DNA of 58,604 nt from contig PIXZ01000001.1 of the NCBI GenBank assembly GCA_003601605.1, positions 1 to 58,604 on the forward strand. Reading direction: 5' to 3'. The stretch is from Candidatus Bathyarchaeota archaeon (lineage in GTDB: Archaea > Thermoproteota > Bathyarchaeia > Bathyarchaeales > Bathycorpusculaceae). Positions 44,261 through 54,415 of the stretch are shown piece after piece (position 1 is the first letter of the stretch; every line of letters starts with the position of its first letter). The position numbers were made by a program, and so were the translations under genes. Under the pieces are notes generated by a model that made no database searches, had not been told where the DNA came from, and was given only the letters and a program-made list of their open reading frames with translations.

Positions 44261-45877
44261 TTGTCGATGAGCTTTGAAATAAAAGAGAAGGATTTGCTAG
44301 CGAGAATAGGTAGGCTTAAAACCAAAAGCGGAGTTTTTGAAACTCCAGCTCTGCTTCCTGTTATTAATCCAGCCGTACAGCCCGTTCCGCCGAGAAAAAT
44401 TCGTGAAACGTTCTGTTTTGAGGCGCTAATAACTAATGCTTATATATTGAAAAAACGATTCAAAAACCAGCCCATAAAAGAAGGCTTACACAAATTTTTA
44501 GATTTCAACGGTGTAATAATGACTGATTCTGGCGCTTACCAAATGCTTGTTTACGGCGACATAGAAACAACTCCCGAAGAAATCGTGAAATACCAAGAGC
44601 AAATAGACACGGACATAGCCACAATATTAGATTGGCCAACAGGATGGAGAGTTACCAAAAAATATGCGGAGAAAACGGTAAATGAAACCTTAAAGAGAGC
44701 AAGAGAACTGCCTAAAATAAAAACTCGCAATGACATCTTGTGGGTTGGCCCTGTTCAAGGCGGGAAATATTTAGACCTTGTAGCCAAATCCGCTGAGGAA
44801 ATGGGAAAACTGCCTTTTGATGTTTACGCCTTGGGAAGCCCAACAGAAGTTATGGAAAATTACCGTTTCGATGTTTTAGTAGATATGATTTTAACTGCAA
44901 AAATGAAACTGCCAATAGAAAAGCCGCTTCATCTTTTCGGGGCTGGTCATCCCTTCATGTTTTCCTTAGCTGTAGCTTTAGGATGTGACCTTTTCGATTC
45001 TGCAGCTTATGCTTTGTACGCGAAAGAAAACCGTTACATGACGGAAACAGGCACTTTTAGGCTGGAAGAACTTAACTATTTCCCATGCACATGTCCAACA
45101 TGCTCACAAAAAACGCCTAAAGAAATTTCCGAACTCCCAAAAGAAGAGAGGCAAAGGTTTTTGGCTGAACATAACCTCTACGTTTGTGCTGCTGAGCTAA
45201 AACGCGTAAAACAAGCCATAAAAGATGGCAGATTATGGGAGCATCTGGAAATTAGAATGCGTAGCCATCCAGCTCTGCTTCAAGCTTTGAAGAAGTTGAA
45301 GACTTATGAAGAGTTTATTGAGGAAAACAGTCCAGTAGTTAAGAAAAGCGGGCTTTTCTTTTTTGATTCTGTTGGGCTTATGAGACCAGAAATTGTGCGG
45401 CATAGAAAGAGGCTCACGGAAAGGTATTCGCCTCCACAAAATGCAAGCGTGCTTGTGCTTGTGCCTCAGACTCGAAGTAAACCCTTCCATAAATCGAAAA
45501 AGTTTAAGGCGATTAAAAAAATTCTTCGAAAAACATTTGGAGAAAAATCCGATAGACTTCACATATGTTTTTATGCTGCCCCTTTTGGCGTGGTTCCCAT
45601 AGAGCTTGACGAAGTTTACCCCCTCTCTCAGCACGAAACGGTTCTGCCTCTTGACAAAGAAACAATTGAGTATGTGGCAGACCAAACAGCAAGATATATC
45701 AAAAACAATGATTACAAGGCAGTTATTCTCTTGCATGACCCGGAAAACTGGAATGATGCATTGCTAAAAGCTTGCAAAGGAGTTTGCGCGAAAAGAAAAG
45801 TTAAATTTGAACATTTAATTTTAAATAGGGAAAGTAAAGCATTTTTAGCCAGTTTTAAAAGTTTAATGGAAAAATGA
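44261..45877 (+). CDS. tgtA: tRNA-guanine(15) transglycosylase (archaeosine TGT)
   Basis: ARIGRLKTKSGVFETPALLPV, the MTDSGAYQ catalytic motif and the zinc site CTCPTC...H. I recognised no clear PUA domain at the C-terminus. Confidence 0.85.
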   Translation: MSMSFEIKEKDLLARIGRLKTKSGVFETPALLPVINPAVQPVPPRKIRETFCFEALITNAYILKKRFKNQPIKEGLHKFLDFNGVIMTDSGAYQMLVYGDIETTPEEIVKYQEQIDTDIATILDWPTGWRVTKKYAEKTVNETLKRARELPKIKTRNDILWVGPVQGGKYLDLVAKSAEEMGKLPFDVYALGSPTEVMENYRFDVLVDMILTAKMKLPIEKPLHLFGAGHPFMFSLAVALGCDLFDSAAYALYAKENRYMTETGTFRLEELNYFPCTCPTCSQKTPKEISELPKEERQRFLAEHNLYVCAAELKRVKQAIKDGRLWEHLEIRMRSHPALLQALKKLKTYEEFIEENSPVVKKSGLFFFDSVGLMRPEIVRHRKRLTERYSPPQNASVLVLVPQTRSKPFHKSKKFKAIKKILRKTFGEKSDRLHICFYAAPFGVVPIELDEVYPLSQHETVLPLDKETIEYVADQTARYIKNNDYKAVILLHDPENWNDALLKACKGVCAKRKVKFEHLILNRESKAFLASFKSLMEK

Positions 45878-45888
45878 GCGAATAACCC

Positions 45889-46497
45889 TTGATTCGTGCA
45901 GACTTACATCTTCACACAACATATTCGGCTGACGCCTCCATACCGCCAAAAACCATCGTTGAACAGCTTTACGCCCACCCCTACATAAAAGCTGTGGCAA
46001 TCACAGACCACAACACCCTTGAAGGATACAGAAAAGTTAGGGAACTGGCTTCTGCTTATTCCGACATTTTGATTATTCCAGGAGTAGAGATAAGAGCTGT
46101 GGGCGGTGACCTTCTAGTTTTGGGTGTAGAGGAAATGCCGCCTAGACCGTGGAATGTTGAAGATGTTATCGATTTTACACACGAAAGAGGGGGACTAGTC
46201 ATAACAGCCCATCCCTACAGAGCTTACGGTTTAGGAGACTTAGCTAAAAAATATGCGATTGACGCTGTAGAAGTTTTAAACGGCATTTCGCCTTCTCACA
46301 TCAACAGAATGGCTGAGATTTTGGCTAAAGAAATGAAATTGCCGGGTGTTGCTGGCAGCGATGCACATTACCTAGATGAAATGTGGAAGGTTTACACAGA
46401 AGTTCAAGCGTCCTCTGATGTTGACGAGATTCTGAAGGCGATAAAAAGGGGAGCGGTTAGAGTTGCTTACGCGTCGGAAAAGTCAATACATTTTTAA
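45889..46497 (+). CDS. PHP-domain metal-dependent phosphoesterase
   Basis: ADLHLHTTYSADAS...ITDHN...AHP...GSDAH motif series. Confidence 0.8.
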   Translation: MIRADLHLHTTYSADASIPPKTIVEQLYAHPYIKAVAITDHNTLEGYRKVRELASAYSDILIIPGVEIRAVGGDLLVLGVEEMPPRPWNVEDVIDFTHERGGLVITAHPYRAYGLGDLAKKYAIDAVEVLNGISPSHINRMAEILAKEMKLPGVAGSDAHYLDEMWKVYTEVQASSDVDEILKAIKRGAVRVAYASEKSIHF

Positions 46498-46540
46498 AAC
46501 AGCAAGAAGCATGATTACTGCATTAAATGGATGAAAGAAA

Positions 46541-47806
46541 ATGAGTCCTTTACAGATCAGGTTTCTAGGCGGAACCCATGAAGTTGGAAGAATTGCCATA
46601 GCAGTAAAAACAGAAAAGACGCAGATTATGCTGGATTACGGCGTTATGCTGAACCATGAGCCCGGCTTTCCCATGCACATACCACCAAAAGACGTGGACG
46701 CAATAATTTTAACCCACAGCCACCTCGACCATTCCGGCGCTATTCCAATCTTCTACATTCATGGGAAAAAGCCCTTGTACACTAACAAGCTAAATTTAGA
46801 ATTAAGCCACCTGCTTATTTCGGATTTTATACACTTATCAAGCTACTATTTACCCTTTGAATATTTAGAGTTACGTTCCATGATGAAAAGCAACAAAGCC
46901 TTAGATTTTAACGTGGAAGAAACTGTTGGAGACATCACATTCCAACTTGTGAATGCAGGACATGTTCCAGGAAGCGCTTCAATATTAGTGGAGGCAGAAG
47001 GTAAGAAAATTCTCTACACAGGCGACTTCAACACTGTAGACACAAGACTTTTGGAAGGCGCTAAGATGGAGTATGATGATTTGGACGCTTTGATAATTGA
47101 AAGCACTTATGCCGATGAAGACCACACAGAGCGTTTAGAACTGGAAAAGCGTCTTGTAGACGAAATAACAGAAGTTGTGGAAAGAGGCGGTATTGTTTTA
47201 ATTCCAGCTTTTGGTGTTGGCAGGTCTCAAGAAATTGCATGTGTTTTAGCCGCGCACCATTTTGAATATCCAGTCACCATAGATGGAATGGCGAGAGAAG
47301 CAGGCAGAATAATGATGAATTATAAAGAGTTTTTGAGAGACCCCAAGCTTTTCATGGACGCCATGCATTCTGCCAATTGGGTTGAAGGTTGGAGAGACCG
47401 CCGAAAAGCAACAAAAAAGGCAGGCGTTATAATTTCGCCCGCGGGCATGCTTAAGGGTGGTCCAGCAGTTTTCTACATATCCAAGATTGGAAAGAAAGCG
47501 AATAACGCTGTATTTCTCGTTAGCTATCAGATTCCTGGCACTCCTGGGAGAGAACTTTTAGAGAAAGGTGTATGTCTTATTGACGGCAAAATTAGAAAGG
47601 TTAAAGCGCGTGTGGAACACTTTGACTTTTCATCCCATTGTGGGGCAAGCCAGCTTAAAGAGTTTGTTAAAAAGCTTGGCGGAAATCCCAAGGTTTTTGT
47701 AGTTCACGGTGCTGAGGGAAACTGTGACCTTTTTGCTAAATGGATTAAAAAGGAAGTGGGTTTTGAAGCTTTTGCTCCTCACACCGGAGACGTAGTGAAA
47801 ATCTAG
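46541..47806 (+). CDS. Beta-CASP family MBL ribonuclease (aCPSF2-like, no KH domains)
   Basis: HSHLDHSG, GDFN...ESTY, and a C-terminal H (VVHGAEG) pattern. 421 aa. Confidence 0.8.
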   Translation: MSPLQIRFLGGTHEVGRIAIAVKTEKTQIMLDYGVMLNHEPGFPMHIPPKDVDAIILTHSHLDHSGAIPIFYIHGKKPLYTNKLNLELSHLLISDFIHLSSYYLPFEYLELRSMMKSNKALDFNVEETVGDITFQLVNAGHVPGSASILVEAEGKKILYTGDFNTVDTRLLEGAKMEYDDLDALIIESTYADEDHTERLELEKRLVDEITEVVERGGIVLIPAFGVGRSQEIACVLAAHHFEYPVTIDGMAREAGRIMMNYKEFLRDPKLFMDAMHSANWVEGWRDRRKATKKAGVIISPAGMLKGGPAVFYISKIGKKANNAVFLVSYQIPGTPGRELLEKGVCLIDGKIRKVKARVEHFDFSSHCGASQLKEFVKKLGGNPKVFVVHGAEGNCDLFAKWIKKEVGFEAFAPHTGDVVKI

Positions 47807-47816
47807 AAGGTATAGC

Positions 47817-48365
47817 ATGAGGATTGGAATTTTACGCATCGGAAAAGTAGACGAGGATGTCGTAGAGCGGATTAGAGAAAGCCTTACTATGGCTTTTCCA
47901 GAGACAAAATGTGAAGTTATTGCGGAAAATTCGGAGATTCCAGAAGAAGCATTTGACAAATTGAGAGAACAATATCGTTCAGACATTATTTTAGGCTTTG
48001 TTAAGAGACAAGCAGAGAAAGAGAAAACTTTTAACCGTGTCCTGGGAGTTGTTGACGCTGATATTTTTGTTCCAAGGTTAAATTTTGTTTTCGGAGAAGC
48101 AGAATGCCCAGGGAAAGCTGCATTGATTTCTTTATGGAGGCTTCGACCAGAATTCTATGGCAAAAAGCCGAACATGGAGATTTTTGTAGAGCGAAGTGTT
48201 AAGGAGGCTATTCATGAGCTTGGGCATACTTTAGGTTTAGAACATTGTGTTAATCCTTTTTGTGTTATGTATTTTTCTAATTCAATCTTCGAAACCGACA
48301 GAAAACAAAGCTTATTCTGCAGTAAATGCTTTTTAAAAGTTGAAAATGCTATGAAAATGAGGTAG
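47817..48365 (+). CDS. amzA: Archaemetzincin (peptidase M54)
   Basis: Full signature HELGHTLGLEHCVNPFCVM...CSKC, that is HExxHxxGxxxCx4CxMx17CxxC. Confidence 0.9.
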   Translation: MRIGILRIGKVDEDVVERIRESLTMAFPETKCEVIAENSEIPEEAFDKLREQYRSDIILGFVKRQAEKEKTFNRVLGVVDADIFVPRLNFVFGEAECPGKAALISLWRLRPEFYGKKPNMEIFVERSVKEAIHELGHTLGLEHCVNPFCVMYFSNSIFETDRKQSLFCSKCFLKVENAMKMR

Positions 48366-48371
48366 AAGAGA

Positions 48372-49193
48372 GTGGAGGAAAAGTTTAAAGCAAGAATAGT
48401 GCATTTGACACCTGTTTTAGCAAGCTTGCTTTTTGGAAGTTTCTGCGCCTTTTTGCTTTGGACCTCCCAAGTAGAGTTTTATCAGATAACCCCCTTTTCC
48501 GAGGGGGTGGGTTCCTTAGGTAACGCCCTATATTTCGTTGTCCTTGTAGGCGTGGGCGCTTCAATTTTGTATCTGCTTTTGAAAAAGAGGAACATGAAAG
48601 TGATAAGCTTGGTTATTGGTTTTGCTTTAACAACAGCCTTTTTTATGCTTTCCGTCGTTTATTTGTCGGCTGGGTTTGGCAGATTTTCTGTGCCCAACAT
48701 GGGAGTGTTGGTTTTGGGTTTGTCTTTGCTTATAACTGTGTTAGGTGATTTGGCAATTTTCAAAGGAAAGAGCATTGTATGTAATGTGGTGGTTTTGTTG
48801 TTGGGAGGAGCTTTAGGCACTTTCTTGGGAGTTTCAATACCTACTTTGAGCGCCATGTTGATTTTGAGTTTCTTGGCTGTTTACGACGCTTTTGCTGTTT
48901 ACCATGGTCCTGTTGGGAAAATAGCGCATACTGGGCTTGAGCAGCTTAAGGGTTTAAGTTTCTCTTTTAGAGACGTGCAAATGGGGCTGGGGGATTTAAC
49001 CTTTTATTCCATGCTTTCTGGTCATTTGCTTTTTAATTTCGGCGTTTTTCCTTGCGCAGCTTCTGTTTTAGGTATTTTGCTAGGTTGTTTTTTGGCTTTT
49101 AAAATGTTGGAGAAAAAGGGAATGTTTCCTGGTTTACCGTTTCCAATTTTTCTTGGTTTAGCAGCTGGCTTTCTTACTACTCTTATTTTTTGA
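48372..49193 (+). CDS. Presenilin/signal-peptide-peptidase homolog (GxGD intramembrane aspartyl protease)
   Basis: YD (LAVYDAFAVY) and GLGD (QMGLGDLTFY) in adjacent TMs, a PAL-like PGLPFP near the C-terminus, about 9 TMs. Confidence 0.8.
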   Translation: MEEKFKARIVHLTPVLASLLFGSFCAFLLWTSQVEFYQITPFSEGVGSLGNALYFVVLVGVGASILYLLLKKRNMKVISLVIGFALTTAFFMLSVVYLSAGFGRFSVPNMGVLVLGLSLLITVLGDLAIFKGKSIVCNVVVLLLGGALGTFLGVSIPTLSAMLILSFLAVYDAFAVYHGPVGKIAHTGLEQLKGLSFSFRDVQMGLGDLTFYSMLSGHLLFNFGVFPCAASVLGILLGCFLAFKMLEKKGMFPGLPFPIFLGLAAGFLTTLIF

Positions 49194-49374
49194 CGCTTGC
49201 CAAGACCATTCGTGTGTTGCTGACATCTACTTCTATTATTTGACAATTGGCAAACTGTTTGGAGTTTCCCAGCACATCTTTGAGGATTAAATTGTTGTTT
49301 TCCAGTTTTGCGTAAACTACGTCTTTGAAAACTGTTTCATTATTAAGGATGACTGTAAATTCGCACATTTTCAA
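49183..49374 (-). CDS. CooT-family small protein (putative Ni-binding/RNA-binding-like)
   Basis: About 60 aa. MCEFTVILNNE...VVYAKLENNNLILKDVLG resembles CooT, so the real start is probably the second Met at 49368, giving an MC N-terminus. Confidence 0.5.
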   Translation of the reverse strand: MKMCEFTVILNNETVFKDVVYAKLENNNLILKDVLGNSKQFANCQIIEVDVSNTRMVLASVKK

Positions 49375-49500
49375 TCAACCCTAACAGATAAAATAAAGAC
49401 GCATGTTATAAGCTTCTTGTTGAAAATGTGATTTTATGCGTTGCCGATAAGCTAAAATCGATAGCCCCCCTCTAGATTTTAAGAGCAAACTTTTAGGAAA

Positions 49501-49917
49501 ATGTTAATTAAGAGCTTGGCTTATTGCTGTGCAGATGGAAGGATAAAATTGAGTGACGAACTTGCAAAGCTTCCACCTGAAGTTCAGCAGAGACTGTTAA
49601 GACTTCAGCAACTTCAACAAACTTTACAGTCCGTTTTAGCTCAAAAGCAGCAAGTGGAAATTGAACTTACAGAAATTGAACAAGCTTTAAGTGAGCTGCA
49701 GAAAACGGCTGACGACACAGTAATATACAAGGCGATAGGTTCGCTTCTGGTGAAAGCGGAAAAGGAGAAAGTTACGGCTGATTTGAACGAGAGAAAGGAG
49801 CTACTTAACACTAGAGCCAAGGTTTTGGGAAAACAAGAAGAAAGAATACGCACCCAACTGAAGGAACTGCAAACAAAACTTCAACAGGACTTAAGCCCAG
49901 TTTCTCCATCAACATAA
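49501..49917 (+). CDS. pfdB: Prefoldin beta subunit
   Basis: Coiled-coil, beta-hairpin, coiled-coil layout: LPPEVQQRLLRLQQLQQTLQ...VIYKAIGSLLVKAEKE...LQTKLQQ. The true start is probably an internal TTG near 49549. Confidence 0.8.
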   Translation: MLIKSLAYCCADGRIKLSDELAKLPPEVQQRLLRLQQLQQTLQSVLAQKQQVEIELTEIEQALSELQKTADDTVIYKAIGSLLVKAEKEKVTADLNERKELLNTRAKVLGKQEERIRTQLKELQTKLQQDLSPVSPST

Positions 49918-49950
49918 AACTGTTGGCAGATTTGCTTTAGGTGAAAACTT

Positions 49951-50253
49951 GTGGAAGACTTGGGCATACCAGAGTTAACCAGCGAACAAATTGAAGGACT
50001 ATGTGGAGTTGCGGAAGAAGCTGCACGAAAATACATCCTGTCAAAGGTTCCTTCGAAAAGGATAGAAACGTTAAACATAAGTGTTGAGGCTGAAGGTGCA
50101 AAACCCCTAACATTGACGGTGGACATAGACATTGAGCTTTCGCCGTTAATGAAAAACTTTGAAGTGCAAAAACTGGTGGATGAGGCTGTAAAAGAAGCTT
50201 TCACTTCAGCTGAAAAATACTTGAGGAAACTGGCATGCAATTCACACAGATAA
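49951..50253 (+). CDS. DUF3194-family small protein
   Basis: About 100 aa. It is conserved as a neighbour of archaeal pfdB, and the pattern LSKVPSKRIETLNISVEAEG fits the family. Confidence 0.5.
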   Translation: MEDLGIPELTSEQIEGLCGVAEEAARKYILSKVPSKRIETLNISVEAEGAKPLTLTVDIDIELSPLMKNFEVQKLVDEAVKEAFTSAEKYLRKLACNSHR

Positions 50254-51227
50254 TCAGAGTGTTGGACGAGTTAAACGCTAAGCTAGTTGTTTTGCTATGC
50301 CACCATAACGCTGACCCAGACGCAATATGCTCATCCTACGCTTTTGCAGGTCTGCTAAAACGGTTAAAACCAGAGTTGGAAGTGGAAATAGGAGCTTCCC
50401 AAGGAATAAGCCGCCTTTCAAAACATTTGCTTAAGTTTTTGCCGATAAACGTGTGTTTGCAGCCTAACGTGGAAAAAGCAGACGTTATAGTGTTGCTGGA
50501 TACTAACACGATTCAGCAGTTGAACAATTTGGCTGAGAAAATAAAAGACTCAAAAGCTCCTCTCATCGTTATTGACCATCATGCTGCTCATCCCGAAACA
50601 GAGAAAATAGCAAAAGTTTGCATAACCAACGAGGAAGTCTCTTCAACATGCGAAATGGTATACACTTTCTTCAAAGAAATGAACATTAAACCAAACGAAA
50701 ACGAGGCAAAAGCCATGTTTTTAGGCATAGCCTTCGACACCCGCCATTTTATTTTAGCTAATTCTTCAACCCTAAAAGCCATAGCAGAACTTATAGACGC
50801 TGGCGTGAACGCCCAAGAAACTTTGCCCCTGCTTTCTCTGCCTATGGATTTTTCAGAACGCGTAGCTAGATTGAAAGCGTGTCGAAGAGCTAAGCTTTAC
50901 AAAATTGGCGAGTGGATAATTGCCCTATCCCACGTTAGTGCTTACCAAGCTTCGGCTGCCAGAGCCATAATGGAGTTAGGTGCCCACGTGGCTGTTGTGG
51001 CTGGACAGAAAAATGAAAGCGTTGAAATCAGTTTACGATGCACCCGAGAGTTTCACAAGAAGACGGGTATACATTTAGGAAGGGATATTGCCAAGCCTTT
51101 GGGAGAATTTCTCCATGGGATGGGTGGGGGACATGCTTCTGCCGCTGGCGTTAACGGTGTTGGAGATGTTGAAGCTGGGCTTAAACGTTGTCTACGGCTT
51201 TTAAAGGAAAAGTTGTCTAATCAGTAA
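50235..51227 (+). CDS. DHH/DHHA1 phosphoesterase (NrnA-like)
   Basis: HHNADPDA, LLDT, IDHH and GGGHASAAG motifs. Confidence 0.8.
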   Translation: MQFTQIIRVLDELNAKLVVLLCHHNADPDAICSSYAFAGLLKRLKPELEVEIGASQGISRLSKHLLKFLPINVCLQPNVEKADVIVLLDTNTIQQLNNLAEKIKDSKAPLIVIDHHAAHPETEKIAKVCITNEEVSSTCEMVYTFFKEMNIKPNENEAKAMFLGIAFDTRHFILANSSTLKAIAELIDAGVNAQETLPLLSLPMDFSERVARLKACRRAKLYKIGEWIIALSHVSAYQASAARAIMELGAHVAVVAGQKNESVEISLRCTREFHKKTGIHLGRDIAKPLGEFLHGMGGGHASAAGVNGVGDVEAGLKRCLRLLKEKLSNQ

Positions 51228-51287
51228 TAAGTAGCTACTCTTAAATGGAAGAGGCAGAATCGCTTAAACTGGTAGGGCATCTAAAGC

Positions 51288-52136
51288 ATGGCAATAATAC
51301 AAACAGAAAACCTCACATACACATATCCAAGCGCAACAAAACCATCCATTAGAGATATCTCCATAAAAATCGAGAAAGGAGAATTCGTCCTAATCACCGG
51401 TCCAAGCGGATGTGGAAAAACAACATTATGCCGATGCTTCAACGGACTTATACCCCACTTCTATCAGGGAGAATTAAAAGGGAAAATAACCGTTGTAGGA
51501 TTAAACGTTCTAGAACATCCAACATACGAACTGGCAAAACATGTGGGGCTTGTATTCCAAAACCCGGAAAACCAGCTTTTCGCGTTGTCTGTGGAAAAAG
51601 ACGTGGCTTTCGGACTGGAAAATCTTGGAGTCCCAAAGGAAGAAATGTGGAAAAGAGTAAACTGGGCTTTAAACCTGACTGGAATATATGATTTAAGGGA
51701 AAGAGCCCCCCACGAACTTTCAGGAGGACAGCAACAACGCGTAGCCATAGCCTCTGTTTTAGCCATGCAACCCGAAGTCTTGGTTCTGGACGAGCCTACC
51801 TCTTTTCTTGACCCGCTAACAGCGAAAAAAATTTTTGAAGTTATCTATGAATTGAACAGAAAGCTTGGAATAACGGTGGTGCTTGTTGAACATAGGTTGG
51901 ATTTGACAGCGCACTACACAAACCACATTATTATAATGAATGAAGGAAAAGTCGTTTTGGACGGAGACCCTAGAGAAATTTTAGGCTCTGAAGAAGCTCG
52001 TCTTATTGGAGTGGGAATCCCCAAAGCAACACGCCTCTATCAGATACTGAAAAAGGACAACATAAAACTGGGAAACAAAATCCCCTTGTCTTCTGAGGAA
52101 ATGGCAGCCTTACTAAGGGAGGCTATTAAGGCGTAA
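51288..52136 (+). CDS. ecfA1: ECF transporter ATPase component
   Basis: Walker A GPSGCGKTT, signature LSGGQQQRV, Walker B LVLDEPTS. Confidence 0.85.
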   Translation: MAIIQTENLTYTYPSATKPSIRDISIKIEKGEFVLITGPSGCGKTTLCRCFNGLIPHFYQGELKGKITVVGLNVLEHPTYELAKHVGLVFQNPENQLFALSVEKDVAFGLENLGVPKEEMWKRVNWALNLTGIYDLRERAPHELSGGQQQRVAIASVLAMQPEVLVLDEPTSFLDPLTAKKIFEVIYELNRKLGITVVLVEHRLDLTAHYTNHIIIMNEGKVVLDGDPREILGSEEARLIGVGIPKATRLYQILKKDNIKLGNKIPLSSEEMAALLREAIKA

Positions 52137-52963
52137 TGATTGAAGTTGAAGACGTCTACTTCACTTATCCAAACGGGGTGGAAGCACTAAAAGGGATATC
52201 ACTGAAAATAAAAAACGGCGAGTTCGTCGCTATAATGGGACAAAACGGTGCTGGAAAAACAACCCTTGTTAAACACTTCAACGGGCTTCTAAAACCCACA
52301 AAAGGAAAAGTCCTTGTAGACGGTGTTGAAACCACAAAGGTAAGTGTGGCAACCCTAGCGAGAAAAGTAGGTTTCGTTTTCCAAAATCCAGACACCCAGC
52401 TTTTCAGCGAAACAGTAGAAGACGAAGTAGCCTTTGCACTAAAAAATTTCGGATTCAAAGAAAACGTTATAAAAAAGCGAGTTTCATGGGCTCTCAACCT
52501 TTTAGGATTAACCCAATACAGAAAAACCTCTCCTTTCATGCTTAGCGGCGGCGAAAGAAAACGCGTAGCCCTAGCTTCTGTTCTAGCATGGAACCCCAAA
52601 ATACTGATATTAGACGAACCCACCATAGGGCAGGATTACCAGCAAAAAGAGAAGCTTAGACAGTTTATTTTGCAGTTGAAAGCTCAGAGAAAAACCATAA
52701 TAATTGTGACCCATGACGTGGAGTTTGTGGCTGAATGCAATCCAAGAGTCATACTGATGCGAGAGGGAAAAATTGTTGCTGACGGTAAAGCAAGAGAAAT
52801 ATTGACAACACCGGAAATTTTAAACCAAGCCTCAATTGTGCCGCCCCAAATAGCTCAAATTTTCCTACAGCTATCCGATTTAAGCTTTCCAAAAAATGTC
52901 ATTGACATCTACGAAGCAAGGGAAATACTGCTTAAAACTGTAAGGGAGGGAAAGCTGAAGTGA
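52136..52963 (+). CDS. ecfA2: ECF transporter ATPase component
   Basis: Walker A GQNGAGKTT, signature LSGGERKRV, Walker B LILDEPT. Its start shares 1 nt (52136) with the ecfA1 stop codon. Confidence 0.85.
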   Translation: MIEVEDVYFTYPNGVEALKGISLKIKNGEFVAIMGQNGAGKTTLVKHFNGLLKPTKGKVLVDGVETTKVSVATLARKVGFVFQNPDTQLFSETVEDEVAFALKNFGFKENVIKKRVSWALNLLGLTQYRKTSPFMLSGGERKRVALASVLAWNPKILILDEPTIGQDYQQKEKLRQFILQLKAQRKTIIIVTHDVEFVAECNPRVILMREGKIVADGKAREILTTPEILNQASIVPPQIAQIFLQLSDLSFPKNVIDIYEAREILLKTVREGKLK

Positions 52964-53748
52964 GCGTTTTCGACGGACTAAAGTTTAGAAGAGTTTACTC
53001 GCCAATCCACAACTTAGACCCCAGAATAAAATTCATTTACGTTTGCGCCATCTTTGTTATCGCAATTATGTTTGGAGAACTTCTCCCATTAATAGTCCTT
53101 TTCATAATGCAAATTCCCTTTGTGCTTTTGGCTGGAGTTAAACGTGAATGGTTACGTTCCATGCGAGGAGCCGTCTTCTTGGCAACGATAATTTTCTTAA
53201 CAAACTTCATATTCGCATACTTAGGTGCGCGGGGATTAGGTGAAAGCCTAGAAAACGCTGTTGCCATGACCCTACGTTTCATAGTGCTTATCGAATCTTT
53301 TTCCATATTCTTTTTAACAACTTCGCCAGACCATTTAGGCTTAGCTTTAGAACAGACCCGCGTGCCCTACGAGTTTACCTTCGCATTCACAACCGCCGTG
53401 CGTTTTGTTCCAGTATTAGCGGAAGAAGCGCAAACAATCATGGACGCCCAAAAAGCGAGAGGTTTAGAACTTGAACGCGGAAACTTTCTAAAAAGAATTA
53501 GAAACTACATTCCAATTCTCATACCACTGATAGTAAGCGCTATTCGAAGAAGTTTAGAACTTGCCGAAGCCATGGAATCCCGCGCTTGGGGAGCCACCAA
53601 AAACCGCACAAACCTTTACGAGTTAAAAATGCACAAAGGAGACTTTGTCCTCATAGCCGTAACAATAGGAATTTTAGCCGCTGCAATATACATACGCTTA
53701 TACCTTCCAATCCCCTCGATAAACCAACTTCTAACTAGCATAAGTTAA
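52960..53748 (+). CDS. ecfT: ECF transporter transmembrane (T) component (CbiQ family)
   Basis: Polytopic, with conserved ARG motifs (MDAQKARGLE ... SLELAEAMESRAWG). 4-nt overlap with ecfA2. Confidence 0.8.
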   Translation: MSVFDGLKFRRVYSPIHNLDPRIKFIYVCAIFVIAIMFGELLPLIVLFIMQIPFVLLAGVKREWLRSMRGAVFLATIIFLTNFIFAYLGARGLGESLENAVAMTLRFIVLIESFSIFFLTTSPDHLGLALEQTRVPYEFTFAFTTAVRFVPVLAEEAQTIMDAQKARGLELERGNFLKRIRNYIPILIPLIVSAIRRSLELAEAMESRAWGATKNRTNLYELKMHKGDFVLIAVTIGILAAAIYIRLYLPIPSINQLLTSIS

Positions 53749-53779
53749 ACCGCAAGATTTTTAACACAGCCAATTTGTA

Positions 53780-54403
53780 ATGGGTTTTCGGAGCCTAGAA
53801 AATTTGGAATGGTTAAAAGCAGCAGCAGAAGAAATAATCACGGGGATAAAAAGCTCAATACAAGAGCTTAACATGAAAGAAGTTGAACGGCTAATCGAGC
53901 TTTTGCTTACTGCAAAAGACAAAAAAATCTTCATTGTAGGCATGGGAAGAAGCGGATTCGTAGCCAGAGCCTTCGCCCTACGCCTAATGAACCTAGGCTT
54001 CAACGTCTACTTCCTAGGAGAAACAATAACCCCAGCAGCAGAAAAGGGCGACCTCCTAATAGCCATTTCAGGAACAGGCGCTACAAAAATGGTTCTAACA
54101 GCCGGAGCCGCAGCAAAAGATATAGGCGCCACCGTAATCGCCATAACTTCTTTCCCAGAATCTCCTTTAGGACAAATGGCAGACCTTACAGTAACTATTA
54201 AAGGTAGAACAAAGGCAGGCTGGCCGAGAGAAGAGGATTATTTAGCTAGGCAGATTATAGGTGAGAAAGAGCCTTTAACTCCTTTGGGAAGCATCTTCGA
54301 AAACAACTGCATGGTTTTCCTCGACAGTTTAATTGTAGAGTTAATGCATAGAATGGGAAAAACCGAGGAGGATTTAAAGCGTAAACACGCCACAATAGAG
54401 TAG
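53780..54403 (+). CDS. hxlB: 6-phospho-3-hexuloisomerase (SIS domain)
   Basis: KIFIVGMGRSGFVARAFALRLMNLGFNVYFLGETITP...GDLLIAISGTGAT is typical of PHI. Confidence 0.75.
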   Translation: MGFRSLENLEWLKAAAEEIITGIKSSIQELNMKEVERLIELLLTAKDKKIFIVGMGRSGFVARAFALRLMNLGFNVYFLGETITPAAEKGDLLIAISGTGATKMVLTAGAAAKDIGATVIAITSFPESPLGQMADLTVTIKGRTKAGWPREEDYLARQIIGEKEPLTPLGSIFENNCMVFLDSLIVELMHRMGKTEEDLKRKHATIE

Positions 54404-54415
54404 GAGTTCATGTTA

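Noticed and set aside
45233-45736. 167-aa minus-strand ORF. Similar long antisense ORFs occur at 52165-52626, 17526-17999, 7110-7481 and 55712-56131.
   Set aside because: All lie wholly inside confidently identified genes on the other strand (tgtA, ecfA2, the GT-C-like gene, S2P, the ATPase). None shows a recognisable motif.
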